A stretch of DNA of 64,000 bases from Macrostomum hystrix. Its lineage: Eukaryota > Animalia > Platyhelminthes. Where the stretch lies: NCBI GenBank assembly GCA_950097015.1, contig CATNEN010000038.1:14508001-14572000 (forward strand), read 5' to 3'. The translations under genes and the position numbers were made by a program. The notes under the pieces are model-generated. The model had not been told where the DNA came from. It searched no databases and saw only the letters and a list, made by a program, of their open reading frames with translations. Shown one piece after another: positions 1-12,948 of the stretch (position 1 is the stretch's first letter; the number at the start of each line of letters is the position of its first letter).

Positions 1-901
1 ATGTTAATAGAAACTTAAGTTTAAATTAGCTAATCTATATAGAGTGCAGTTGCGTAGTTAAATCAGTATACGGAAGAATTATCTAAATTCTATTTCCGCC
101 TGTGTTAAAACCAATAACTTTTTGAGTTGCTCTTATTAGATTTATTAAATTATTTGTATATTCGTTACAAATACAATAATGCTTTACCAAGCGATTATAT
201 CTATTCAACTAATATTATTTGTAAAGTTTTAAATTTGTTTAAAATGTTTAGCAATAATAAACTATTTAGATATTTTACGGTGTAGTTAACACTTTATGTA
301 CATGCTTAAGTTGTCCTTGCACGCACAATATTAGGTTTAGGAGTAAATTTGTCAAATAAGACTTGATTATTTAAGCAATCAAATTAAAGAAAAGAAAACA
401 CGTATTACACGAGCTGCTATACAGACGCTTGTACCCAGCACATTAAATTAAGTGATGTCTGTATAAAATATATGCATTGGAGGGTAATGCAGTTAAATTT
501 CCTATAATTTTTAATGATATTTAACAGTTTCATCGACAAAAATAGATGAGATCTTTTAGTCCTTGCTTAAACTTGGCTTTGAAATTAAGAAATGTTCGCT
601 GATGTAATCAACAGCTTTTTATTTTATTCACTTCGATTTACATCTGTTATTCGAAAAAAAATCAATAAACATCTAGAAACGAATGCTCAACGTTACACAC
701 ATTATAAATTACACACATAGCTCAATTCTGGGCACACATATAACACTATATATTGAGAGGAATGTCAGAAATAGTACATTTCTGAAGCGCATTTTCAGCT
801 GTGTAGAATTACAGAATAGTACATTATACAGTTTCAATTAGCTAGTTTAACAGTTGGCTGCGACAAAAATTACGAAAAAAGAAAACGCATGCACACGTAA
901 G

Positions 902-1962
902 CTACTCATAGTAAAGCGCGTGAACAGTACCTACGCAGACAAAATCTCCGGCAGAGACTCGCGCCGTAGCGTAGCTGTCGGTTTCTGGACTGCCAACGCT
1001 GCGACTGGCTACAACGGCCGCCTGGCCGAGTAGCTGCACCGCGGAGACGCTCAACACCAGCTTGTAGCGCCGGCTGTCCAGCTCGCGAAGCTCCCGTCGG
1101 GCCTGGTCGGCGGCCGACTGACAAGCGCTGCGGCATCTGTGGGTAGATGCAATATGGAGTTGCTTTGAAGCTTATATATTTTTAATATATGCTCTAAATA
1201 TATGCGTGCCATGCTCTAAATAAGTAGATGCGTCTAGCGATGAAGATAATTTCTTAGCTTGAACAGTACTTCCGTAACACCAGATTCAGATTGTAGTGGA
1301 TATTGCAGGGAGTATATTTAGTAGTCTCTGGAGATATTGTAGCTCCGTGATAAAAGCTTTAAAGCTACGTGGAGAGAAGTAGCCTAGTGGTTAGAGCATC
1401 TGACTCATGGCTTGAAGGTCGGATGTTCGATTCCCGGCTCCACTGAAACACTTTAGCAAGAAACTTAATTTCGAATTGTTTGAGGCTTTAAATGAAGTAT
1501 ACCAGCCGGGTAGAAATTCTGGTTGGTGTGGAAACCTCTCTAACCCCGTGGACTGAACAGCTGTACATGGCAATTTAACAGGTGCGACTATTTCTCTTAC
1601 CTGGCCGCATCGTATTTTTGGCCGACGCTGGCCACAGCGGACTCCAGCACGGAGGTGAGAATTTCAGTAGCCTGGCGGCAGTTGAACCGGCCGTTCTCGT
1701 CCGGCCGCATTCGGTAGGTGTTCTCCAGCAGAGCCGGCTGCTGCTTGCCGTGGTCGCCTAGCAACAGGCTCGGACCGGCCAGCGTGCCCAGCCGGCCGCG
1801 AGTCTGACGACCGAGGCCTCCAACGCGAGACATCCGACGGCCGTGACCGCCGCCGGCTCCGGCGCCAACGTTGCTAGGCAACGGGGCGAGCAAGTCGTCG
1901 GAGCCGGCGTTGGACGCCTTGCGCTGCTGCTGCTGCATGGCAGCCAGTTCCACCTCGGTCAT
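902..1962 (-). CDS. Tctex-1 domain dynein light chain (TCTEX1D/DYNLT-like), 2 exons
   Basis: Exon1 1601-1962 (…LENTYRMRPDENGRFN…KYDAA, donor AG|GTAAG) joins in phase 2 to exon2 902-1136 (acceptor CCCACAG). Exon2 reads RCRSACQSAADQARRELRELDSRRYKLVLSV…GQAAVVASRSVGSPETDSYATA…VGTVHALYYE*. ENTY, RYKLV, DSYA and the terminal YYE are Tctex-1 hallmarks. Confidence 0.9.
1379..1570 (+). mobile_element. tRNA-derived SINE, family B, in Tctex1 intron
   Basis: A-box-like TAGCCTAGTGG and B-box GTTCGATTC, then TTAGCAAGAAACTTAA and a GGACTGAACAGCTGTAC tail shared with other copies in the window. Confidence 0.7.
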
Positions 1963-3331
1963 CTCCTGGAGTGCCTGTTCTTGGTGTCCAGCAATCGATT
2001 CGTTTTTTTCTTTTTAACTTTTTTTAAGGCCAAAACAGATAGCACCGTATTTTATGGTGAAGATTTAGTCTCCGAGGGAAGACAGACAGATGGGATTTAG
2101 CACCCAGAATTTGTACAGTTTGAGCAAGAAGAAAGCTGTATTAAGCTTGCTGTTTGGCAACCAGGCAGCGACTACCCCTAGGCCGAGAGCGTTGCCCCAG
2201 TTCCTCCTCGGCCGGCCATTCCTACTCTTTCTCTCCCATCGCAGAGAATGGAAGGCTTTTGTTGGACAAGTGCGTGAGCTGAGCTGCATGAGGCCATGCA
2301 GAGAGCTGCCGAGAATGGCCTCTCAACTCTGCTCAGCTCATCTGATTCAGCCAAGCGCGACTTTCAGTTACCATGGGAACAGCAACGAAGCTGCAAAGGA
2401 CTTTGAACTGCGCGGAGGTGAGTTGGTGGGTGCTGGGGAGGTGGCAAGTCGCTTCTATGGAAGAAAATATGAAGGCATTTCACGGGAAGAGTAAAGATGA
2501 GAAGCGATTCTGACAGGCAAAGAAAATTTTATCACCGACCTAATAATTTACAATAATTATTAATTGTAAATATTAATGACACTATGAAATATTTGAAAAA
2601 GTCTTTAATCAAGAAAAAAATTAACTCACCTTATCCGATGTTTTATTTTTCATAGGTAAATTTCAATTTACACCGCAGACGACAAAATGAAGAATGATGC
2701 AATATAATTTTTAGCTGTCAAAAGGTTTAGCCTAGCTTGAAATATTCTGTAAGGCCACTTTAATGTCAGCCAGTGGGTGCGTGTCTAGGGGCAGGCTCAC
2801 CCGGCAACAAAAAATAATTCGGACGGAGCCACGCAGAGTTTCGCTGCGGGGCGCGCAGCTTTAAGAAACAGACTGGGACCAGGCAAATTAAAATTGGGCA
2901 TTGTTTGGTGCTAAACCTAGATTACAACCAGCGCTTGCTTGCAGTTTCATGCTGTCATGCCATCATGCCGCATTCATTCCCTACACACCTGAGACCCAAA
3001 GCCTGTAATTATTAATCTGTCTCGAGTGTGTGGGACCAAAAGTAGATGTAGAAATGTTCTCTTCTTTTTTAGACATTGGAATGTCTTCTAAGTTTTTGCT
3101 TAGCAATACACAAGCAGTAACATAATAATAATAGACTTTAACACAAAAGCTTACTCGATAGTTTAACCTTGTACTCAGTTAAGTGACAGTTTTTACTTAA
3201 TTTCTACGAAACGAATCAGTAGTTATACAACAACTCTAGCTCGCGCAAGATTCAAACGAGTGAAGTTTTCTCTTTTTAAAGGCGTTTTAGACCGATCGAC
3301 GACGGCATTAAGCTTGAATCTACGAAAATTA

Positions 3332-4166
3332 CCTGCAGATTTGGTTCAAGACGTCATGAAGCTTCAAGATGGTAAAGTGACCAGCAGATTTGGTTCAAGA
3401 CGTCATGAAGCCTCGAGATGGTAAAGTGACCTGCAGATTTGGTTCAAGACGTCATGAAGCCTCGAGATGGTAAAGTGACCTGCAGATTTGGTTCAAGACG
3501 TCATGAAGCTTCGAGATGGTAAAGTGACCTGCAGATTTGGTTCAAGACGTCATGAAGCTTCGAGATGGTAAAGTGACCTGCAGATTTGGTTCAAGACGTC
3601 ATGAAGCTTCGAGATGGTAAAGTGACCTGCAGATTTGGTTCAAGACGTCATGAAGCTTCGAGATGGTAAAGTGACCTGCAGATTTGGTTCAAGACGTCAT
3701 GAAGCTTCGAGATGGTAAAGTGACCAGCAAATTTGGTTCAAGACGTCATGAAGCTTCAAGATGGTAAAGTGACCAGCAGATTTGGTTCAAGACGTCATGA
3801 AGCCTCGAGATGGTAAAGTGACCTGCAGATTTGGTTCAAGACGTCATGAAGCTTCGAGATGGTAAAGTGACCTGCAGATTTGGTTCAAGACGTCATGAAG
3901 CTTCGAGATGGTAAAGTGACCTGCAGATTTGGTTCAAGACGTCATGAAGCTTCGAGATGGTAAAGTGACCTGCAGATTTGGTTCAAGACGTCATGAAGCT
4001 TCGAGATGGTAAAGTGACCTGCAGATTTGGTTCAAGACGTCATGAAGCTTCGAGATGGTAAAGTGACCAGCAAATTTGGTTCAAGACGTCATGAAGCTTC
4101 GAGATGGTAAAGTGACCTGCAGATTTGGTTCAAGACGTCATGAAGCTTCAAGATGGTTAAGTGACC
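3332..4166. repeat. 49-bp tandem repeat, about 17 units
   Basis: Unit CCTGCAGATTTGGTTCAAGACGTCATGAAGCTTCGAGATGGTAAAGTGA, head-to-tail with no spacers. Confidence 0.97.
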
Positions 4167-5331
4167 ATTTGAGACTTCATACAAACGCCCCTCTTAACCA
4201 GATTCCATTTTAGAGCTGACCTTAGCGTTTCTATGTAATTTTGAACGTTTTGTAGGCTGCAAAGGTAAATGTATGCTACCACGCAAGCCTTTTGCATACT
4301 ACTTACTTACGAGCTAGTAACATCAAAAGAATTTTTGAAAGCAGTGAGCGAGGATTTTTATTACTTGTTTTAAGTTAATGCAACATAATTGATAACGGCA
4401 CAGTAATGTAGCCTTATATATGATATATTTTCTAGGTTTCTTTAGCGTGACTGCCGATGGTGGTCTATTAAGTAATTTGTACTCGTACTAAAAAACTAAT
4501 TGAATTGCTAAATGATAATTCTAACAAGTGCATCGTATCATTTTCTTAACATGAGAGCAGAATGGTTACACTCATCACTCGAGTTCAAATATTAGATAGC
4601 TAGTAGACAGATGTTCGCAGTTCAGCTCATAATAATCTTTTGTTTACTGTCCGATTAGTTTTAAATTCAATTTTCTATGCGGCATCAACGCTGGTCGCTT
4701 CCGCCTTGCGCTGGCGAACCACAAAAGCCTAAAATGGGTTGTGAGAATTGATTTATATAGTTAAAAACTTAGTTATTTCTTAATTGGGATCTGGATTGCT
4801 TATCCGGAGTTCTCTGATTGGTCGAGCGTGGCTTTAGCCCCGACACCAACCTCCCCAATCCCGTGCGGCTGACGCAAAACGGTTTTGCGTGGCCCTGTCG
4901 GCACGCGATTGGTCAGGTCGCCGCGCCCCACCTCTCTCTGCCCCGTCTAAGGTGTCGCCCCGCCCAGCGCCCACCCTCCCCGTCTCGTGCAGTGCATGCA
5001 GTGGCACATTAGATATTAAATGTGCCACTCGAGTGACTGTCTCTGAAACGCGGCGATTGCCAAGCATCCTAAACTTAGTGCTGACACTAACAATAGCCAG
5101 CTTTACCTGACATAATTACATGTTTTTCAGTGGGATCTCTGTGACTGCACGCTTAAGCCCTGCTATACGAGATCAAGAGTGACCGCACTTTGATTGTCGA
5201 TTTGGATCGTCAAGACCCCGAAGTGCCTTAAGCTTTGACGGTTGCTTGCCCCCCTCTCTCCCACCTCTCTCCCATGCTAAACTCCGGACAGTCCAGTACT
5301 CGAGTCCCGAGTATACAGGAAGATGACAACA

Positions 5332-6905
5332 TCAGCTCACCCTACGTTGCTCTGTGACGCACTGCTCAAATGCTGCCACTATCTGTGAGCAGCGCAGCGG
5401 GTAGCGGCCATTGGCCGAGTAGCATTGTCGCACGGCCTCCTTCTCGGCCTGGCAGCAGGGCGGAGGCGCCTCCTTGTCCAAGAATTTCGCTTCGACTCGA
5501 TTCACCGCGGCCGAGAATTGGCCAGCGGCCGACTGGAAGCGGGACTGGGAGCGCTCTTCCAGCTTGGCTAGCCTGGACTCGTAGTCTCGCTGCAGCTGGT
5601 CCAGCAGTTGCGTCTGTCGGATGCTGTCAGCGACACTGTCGGCTAAACTGTGCTGCTGCTGCTGCTGCTGGTGCTGGGGCGCACGATCGTTAGCGGGCGC
5701 GCCGCCGTCTTCGCTGCTAAGATTCAACTGGCGTTTCTCTGCTAGACGCAGGCGGTCCTAAAATTGATGCACGATTTTGAGATTGAAATGATTTTAAGCC
5801 CATTAATTTGCCGTTAATTATAACAGCACAGCTGGACCAATATTAATAGATTTTGCACATATAATGGTCAGATGAAAGGGGGGTCGGTGGCAAAGCGGTC
5901 TAACGCGTTTGCCTCTCACACCAATGTCCCTGAGCTCGATTCCGCGGCGAGGCCTCGTTTAATTGGGGCGCAGCAGCGAAGAGAATGCTTGGGGGCTTGT
6001 CGTGCAATTTACGCTCTTGTGAGTCAACCTCCAAAGGGAAAATGAGTGTAGGTGTGTGCCTGCATACAGTATCTGTGTGCGTGTGTGCTCAGGAGTCAGC
6101 GAAATGGGCAGCATTGCCTCCTCGCTGGCTGCGGGTCTAGTGACACCCAATGATGTGCCATTGCCCGCAGCCCTCCTGCAAATATTAAATACATATTATA
6201 TTATGGTTAGATAAAAATACAGGGGTAGATGGTAACGCGTGTGCCTATCGAAAAGTCCGTTAGCTTGATTTCGCGGCTAGGCCACATTAAAGAGAGTTCT
6301 AGAACGAAGCCGCTTGTCGTACAATTTATGGCAGCTCTGAATGTAGGACCTGAAGAGACAATCCTTATTTTTTGAGTCAGTACAGGCTGACTGGCTGTCC
6401 CACATTTATACCGGAAAGATAAGAAAGACAATTCTTATGCAACGAACTATTTTTCTAAACAGCAGAAAAATTATCTACAGTTAAGCTGAAGATTGTCTGC
6501 CTGTTTGACGTAGCTATTGAGCTGAGCACATTTTGATGAAGTTTGATTAAAACAAGAATTATAAATTTTCAAAACACTCTAAGGTTAGCTGTAATGCAGA
6601 AACGTTTCTCACTTTTCTTTGATTTGTACATGTAGCTGTAGATAATCTGTTTAACTATAAAATGAAACTAACAACTAAATGGTCGATTAATTGAAACGCT
6701 AGCTATCAAATTTTCAAAGCTAGTTAATCAGAAATTTGTCACTCTGACCAGTTCATGTACTGCACGTCCAGAAAAAATGGGAGTTTTCTCACGAAAAAAG
6801 GTGATTAATTTATCGCCAGTCTCTCACCTGCACATCCTCGGTGATGAAGAAGTAAGTGTCCCGGCTGAGTGTGGTTGTTCGTTCGTTTGAGTTTGCGTTA
6901 CCCAT
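5332..6905 (-). CDS. CHCHD3: MICOS subunit MIC19/MIC25 (CHCHD3/6-like), 2 exons
   Basis: Exon1 6828-6905 MGNANSNERTTTLSRDTYFFITEDVQ (N-myristoylation-type MGxxxS, donor CAG|GTGAG). Exon2 5332-5757 DRLRLAEKRQ…, coiled coil, and C-terminal twin CX9C (CQAEKEAVRQC…CSQIVAAFEQC). Confidence 0.85.
5878..6195 (+). mobile_element. tRNA-derived SINE, family A (internally deleted), in MIC19 intron
   Basis: GGGTCGGTGGCAAAGCGGTCTAACGCG head, GCTCGATTCC B-box, and the same 3' body as 7084-7449. Confidence 0.8.
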
Positions 6906-7083
6906 GATATAAATCTTTCTTTTAGAAGCTAAAAACTTTAACTGAAACAATGAAAATTTAAGGTAATAAAACCTGGCTCAAGTAAGCCAGATGTCACAAA
7001 AAGTTCCTAATGGACACTAATTCTGAGATCCGAACTCATGACCTGAAGGCTCTGACCACAGTTTAAAGTGAATCTTGACTTGA

Positions 7084-7449
7084 GGGGTCGGTGGCAGAGC
7101 AGTCTAACGCGTCTTCCTCTCGCACCAAGGTCCCAGAGCTCGATTCCGTGGCGAGGCCACATTCGTTTGGGGCGCAGCCGCGGAGAGAAGGCTTGGAGGC
7201 TTGTCGTGCAAATTACGTCCTTGAGGGCCAACCTCCAAGGCACAGTGAGAGTGTACACTGACTAACGATGGGAAAGTCGGGGCAGATGTACACACCTGTG
7301 TGAGCGTGTGCCTGCGTACAGTATCTGTGTGCGTGTGTGCTCAGGAGTCAGCGAAATGGGCAGAATTGCCTCCTCGCTGGCTGCGGGTCTAGTGACAGCA
7401 AATGATGTGCCATTGCCCGCAGCCCTCCTGCAATTATTATCATTATTAA
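7084..7449 (+). mobile_element. tRNA-derived SINE, family A, near full length
   Basis: tRNA-like head (TGGCAGAGCAGTCTAACGC…CTCGATTCC), structured body and (ATT)n tail. At least 6 copies in the window. Confidence 0.85.
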
Positions 7450-8047
7450 TCTTGACTTAACAATCAGTACTTAACCTACTTGCTAAATAGAATAGGAATA
7501 TAATAGAATATAACTTTTTGTTCTGTCAATCTGTAACACAATGTAAGACACATGTATTTTAGCTCATTTAGAAATTTTAAAAGAATTACATCGTGTACTT
7601 TGATTTCCAGTCGTTGGCTTTTCTCGTTAAAAATACAATATCAATTAAAATGGATTTAAAATTGGCAGGTAAAAAGCACTTTGATGCAGAGGAAGACATG
7701 GAAAAATTAATAAAAAACTGCAATGCTTTAACTGGAGATAAACACTTTAAAAAGCTTAGTAATTTTAATAAATAGACAACCAACCATTAAAAGTGGAATT
7801 CGTTTTTTAGTGGAATGGAAGAGCTGTAAAATATATACTGCTTACAATACTAATATCAATTACTTAGAGCAGCATAAAAACTCATGCATATCATTTACAT
7901 AGGAGATTCAAGTGTTTCCTACTCGCTAAATGAGATTTTTTAAGCAATTAGTAAAAAAGTAGTTGATCTAGTCTGGAACATCCAAAACTCTCCGCATAGA
8001 TCGATTTTGATCAATCGATCAATATACATATCAATCAGAATTATTAT

Positions 8048-8702
8048 TCTAGATCCATCAATCTAGATCCATCAATCTAGATCCATCAATCCAGATCCAA
8101 CAATCTAGATCCATCAATCCAGATCCATCAATCCAGATCCATCAATCCAGATCCATCAATCCAGATTCATCAATCCAGATCCATCAATCTAGATCCATCA
8201 ATCCAGATCCATCAATCCAGATCCATCAATCCAGATCCATCAATCCAGATCCATCAATCCAGATCCATCAATCTAGATCCATCAATCTAGATCCATCAAT
8301 CTAGATCCATCAATCCAGATTCATCAATCCAGATCCATCAATCTAGATCCATCAATCCAGATCCATCAATCTAGATCCATCAATCCAGATCCATCAATCC
8401 AGATTCATCAATCTAGATCCATCAATCCAGATCCATCAATCTAGATCCATCAATCCAGATCCACCAATCCAGATCCATCAATCTAGATTCATCAATCCAG
8501 ATCCATCAATCCAGATCCATCAATCCAGATCCATCAATCCAGATCCATCAATCCAGATCCATCAATCCAGATCCATCAATCCAGATTCATCAATCCAGAT
8601 CCATCAATCTAGATCCATCAATCCAGATCCATCAATCTAGATCCATCAATCCAGATCCATCAATCCAGATCCATCAATCCAGATTCATCAATCCAGATCC
8701 AC
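8048..8702. repeat. 14-bp tandem repeat, about 46 units
   Basis: Unit C(C/T)AGATCCATCAAT. Begins about 25 nt downstream of the LHFPL stop codon. Confidence 0.97.
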
Positions 8703-8725
8703 ATGTCTATGATGATCCAGTCAGT

Positions 8726-11700
8726 TTAAAGCTGAAAATTTCTACTGCGAGTGCCAGACTTAGCAGCAGCCGTGTTGAAGCTGATGTCGGTGAAATTGTC
8801 GCCGCCGGCCGTGTCCTCCAGCGATGGAAACTTTGGCGTCCTGGACACCGGATTGTGATAGACGTCTTCGGCGTAGGCTGAATTGACTTCGGCTGAGGAG
8901 AAGGCGAAATGTTGGCGTTTTTCAAACGTTGAACAGTCTATAACAGTCTATTACAAACCAAATTGTTTTAACAGTCCAGCACATTGTATGCACCGGTTAC
9001 GGTGAAAAATGCTGTAAAAGTAATGGGGCCTGTGAATTAACAGAAAAATCACTAAACAGCACTAAAGTTAAATGATTGATTGACAAGAATTTAGATGAAT
9101 CAATACTTATTTAACAATTTATATCTGAACTTAAATCTATCAATCGAGACAAAGCCAACAATATTAATCTACAAATTGGGCGACGCATCTCAAGATTGAG
9201 TACGGCTGTTCAGTCCATGGACTGGGGGGACGCCACACCCGCCCTTAGTTACCCTACCTGATGCTGATACCAATTTAACAGCTGGCTGAACTGAAGCAAT
9301 GCAGAGTTAAGCGTCTTGTTAATGGCCATAAATTGTTCCAGTAGAGTCGGGAATCGAACCCCTGACCCTTCAAATCGACGATTTAACTACTAGGCTACTG
9401 ATAATAAACAATATCAATACATGATCTAATCAATCAATCAGTATCAATCTAAAAATCAATTGACATCAGTTTATGGATCTGTCAGGTGATCTAGGAGAAA
9501 AACTCACACTGCGGCCTGCTCAGCTTCTCTCCGTTTAAGCGGCCGGCTCCGCTAGCAACCGGGCGCATCTTGGCGAAGCGGGAGCCCAGCACGAAGGCCA
9601 GAATGGCCAGCACCAGAGAGTCGAAGATGGACAGGATGGCGAGCACGTAGGCCCAGCGGATGCCGCAGGCGCCCGGGTTGAATTTGTCGGCGGAGGAGCC
9701 GCAGACTGCGCGCACCTTGGCGTGGTCCCAGCCGCTGGGGTACACAACACAGCCCAGCAGGGAGAGAAGGCCTGCGATTTGAGGATTAAGGCTCGCACTA
9801 TCCGGTGTCATATGGTTATCCATTATAAATCTACTTCTAATCCACCTCTAATCTACTTCTAATCCAGCTCTAATCCAGCTCTAATCTACTTCTAATCTAC
9901 TTGTAATCCAGCTCTAATCTACTTCTAATCCACCTTTAATCCACTTCTAATCCACCTGTAATCTACTTCTAATCGACCTCTAATCGACTTCTAATCCAGC
10001 TCTAATCTACTTCTAATCCAGCTCTAATCTACTTCTAATCCACATTTAATCTACTTCTAATCCACATTTAATCTACTTCTAATCCACATTTAATATACTT
10101 CTAATCCACCTGTAATCTACTTCTAATCCACATGTAATCTACTTCTAATCCACCTGTAATCTACTTCTAATCCACTTCTAATCCACCTCTAATCTATTTC
10201 TAAACAATCTCTGATCTACTTCTAAACAATCTCTAATCTATTTCTAAACAATCTCTAATCTACTTCTAAACAATCTCTAATTTACTTCTAAACAATCTTT
10301 AATCTACTTCTAATCCACCTCTAATCTACTTCTAATCCACCTCTAATCTACTTCTAACCCACCTCTAATATATTCCTAATCCACCTCCAATCTATTCCTA
10401 ACCTACCTGTAATCTACTCCTAACCAACCTGTAATCTACTCCTAACCTACCTGTAATCTACTCCTAACCTACCTGTAATCTACTCCTAACCAACCTGTAA
10501 TCTACTCCTAACCTAACTGTAATCTACTCCTAACCAACCTGTAATCTACTCCTAACCAACCTGTAATCTACTCCTAACCTAACTGTAATCTACTCCTAGC
10601 CTACCTGTAATCTACTCCTAACCTAACTGTAATCTACTCCTAGCCTACCTGTAATCTACTCCTAGCCTACCTGTAATCTACTCCTAGCCTACCTGTAATC
10701 TACTCCTAACCTACCTGTAATCTACTCCTAACCAACCTGTAAACTACTCCTAACCTAACTGTAATCTACTCCTAACCAACCTGTAATCTACTCCTAACCA
10801 ACCTGTAATCTACTCCTAACCTAACTGTAATCTACTCCTAGCCTACCTGTAATCTACTCCTAACCTAACTGTAATCTACTCCTAGCCTACCTGTAATCTA
10901 CTCCTAGCCTACCTGTAATCTACTCCTAGCCTACCTGTAATCTACTCCAAACCAACCTGTAATCTACTCCTAACCAACCTGTAATCTACTCCTAACCAAC
11001 CTGTAATCTACTCCTAACCAACCTGTAATCTACTCCTAACCTAACTGTAATCTACTCCAAACCAACCTGTAATCTACTCCTAACCAACCTGTAATCTACT
11101 CCTAACCAACCTGTAATCTACTCCTAACCAACCTGTAATCTACTCCTAACCTAACTGTAATCTACTCCTAGCCTACCTGTAATCTACTCCTAACCTAACT
11201 GTAATCTACTCCTAACCAACCTGTAATCTACTCCTAACCAACCTGTAATCTACTCCTAACCAACCTGTAATCTACTCCTAACCAAACTGTAATCTACTCC
11301 TAACCTACCTGCAATCTATCCTAACCAACCTGTAATCTACTCCTAACCTAACTGTAATCTACTCCTAGCCTACCTGTAATCTACTCCTAACCAAACTGTA
11401 ATCTACTCCTAACCTACCTGCAATCTATCCTAACCAACCTGTAATCTACTCCTAGCCTACCTGTAATCTACTCCTAACCTACCTGCAATCTATCCTAACC
11501 TAACTGTAATCTACTCCTAGCCTACCTGTAATCTACTCCTAACCAACCTGTAATCTACTCCTAACCTACCTGCAATCTATCCTAACCTAACTGTAATCTA
11601 CTCCTAGCCTACCTGTAATCTACTCCTAACCAACCTGTAATCTACTCCTAGCCTACCTGTAATCTACTCCTAGCCTACCTGTAATCTACTCCTAACCAAC

Positions 11701-12948
11701 CTGTAATCTACTCCTAGCCTACCTGTAATCTACTCCTAGCCTACCTGTAATCTACTCCTAACCTAACTGTAATCTACTCCTAGCCTACCTGTAATCTACT
11801 CCTAGCCTACCTGTAATCTACTCCTAGCCTACCTGTAATATACTCCTAACCAACCTGTAATCTACTCCTAGCCTACCTGTAATCTACTCCTAACCTACCT
11901 GCAATCTATCCTAACCTAACTGTAATCTACTCCTAGCCTACCTGTAATCTACTCCTAACCAACCTGTAATCTACTCCTAACCTACCTGCAATCTATCCTA
12001 ACCTAACTGTAATCTACTCCTAGCCTACCTGTAATCTACTCCTAACCAACCTGTAATCTACTCCTAGCCTACCTGTAATCTACTCCTAACCAACCTGTAA
12101 TCTACTCCTAACCAACCTGTAATCTACTCCTAACCAACCTGTAATCTACTCCTAACCTAACTGTAATCTACTCCTAGCCTACCTGTAATCTACTCCTAGC
12201 CTACCTGTAATCTACTCCTAGCCTACCTGTAATCTACTCCTAACCAACCTGTAATCTACTCCTAGCCTACCTGTAATCTACTCCTAGCCTACCTGTAATC
12301 TACTCCTAACCAACCTGTAATCTACTCCTAGCCTACCTGTAATCTACTCCTAACCTAACTGTAATCTACTCCTAGCCTACCTGTAATCTACTCCTAGCCT
12401 ACCTGTAATCTACTCCTAGCCTACCTGCAATCTATCCTAACCGAGCTCTGTCTTAATTGTGTGCACCATTTCTCAGTCAACTAATGAAGCACAGTGTACC
12501 CCAAGATGCCCAGCTGCTCACAGGTGATAGCCAGCACGATACCGCACACGCGGAACACCCACTCAGGCGAGCGGACAAAGAAGAACAGGATCATGAGCAC
12601 GATGGTGGCCAGTGCTAGCAGGGCAGCCAGGCCAGACAGCACTGTGGCCGCTCTGAAGGCGTCGTTCAGAATCGTGCTGAAGTCGTCCAGCCGGCCATCG
12701 CAGACCAGACTAGTCCCAGTCTGGTACAGCTGGCAGTACCGGATAAGGCCGAAGAAGCCAACGCCGGGACTAGAAGTGGTGTCGCCGATCCACTGCGGCT
12801 GAGCCACCACAACCACATTGATGATGGCCAGGCAGACAACAAAGATGGCCCACATGACACCAACGGCAAGCAGGTTGCGGCGATAGTTCTGATAATAAGA
12901 CTCTGTGGTCTTATCAACAATGGTCCGGCTGCCAAGGGTGGCCGACAT
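8726..12948 (-). CDS. LHFPL tetraspan subfamily protein (LHFPL3/4/5, TMHS-like), 3 exons
   Basis: Exons 12522-12948, 9508-9771 and 8726-8892, with phase-1 GT-AG junctions. Motifs YRRNLLAVGVMWAIF, QPQWIGDT, GFFGL, GCVVYPSGWD…VRAVCG…GACGIRWAYVLAI and four hydrophobic segments. Ends …SRNFQL*. Confidence 0.92.
9200..9398 (-). mobile_element. SINE family B copy in LHFPL intron 2
   Basis: Reverse complement of TAGCCTAGTAGTT…GGTTCGATTCCCGACTC…ACTTAACTCTGCATTGC-like body…CAGTCCATGGACTGAACAGCCGTAC. Confidence 0.75.
9828..12442. repeat. Intronic minisatellite: 11-bp monomers grading into a 22-bp dimer
   Basis: ATCTACTTCTA/ATCCACCTCTA monomers to about 10400, then GTAATCTACTCCTAACCTACCT units. Fills almost all of LHFPL intron 1. 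Confidence 0.97.

Noticed and set aside
1379-1445. Possible tRNA genes at SINE heads
   Set aside because: No complete cloverleaf, and each continues into a shared SINE body.
2090-2494. 134-aa plus-strand ORF upstream of Tctex1
   Set aside because: No recognisable domain. More likely promoter/UTR sequence (contains an RFX-like GTTACCATGGGAAC, plausible for a ciliary gene but unverified).
3332-4166. CRISPR-like regular arrays (also 29765-31130, 41970-42813, 46048-49097)
   Set aside because: Units are contiguous with no unique spacers, there are no cas genes, and the context is eukaryotic. These are ordinary tandem repeats.
7368-7390. GCCTCCTCGCTGGC in SINE A, identical to the P3-L3 of the HDV genomic ribozyme
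   Set aside because: No GG for P1.1 after the putative P1 3' strand, the best P1 partner lies downstream, and P2/J4-2 cannot be built. A simple nested fold explains it.
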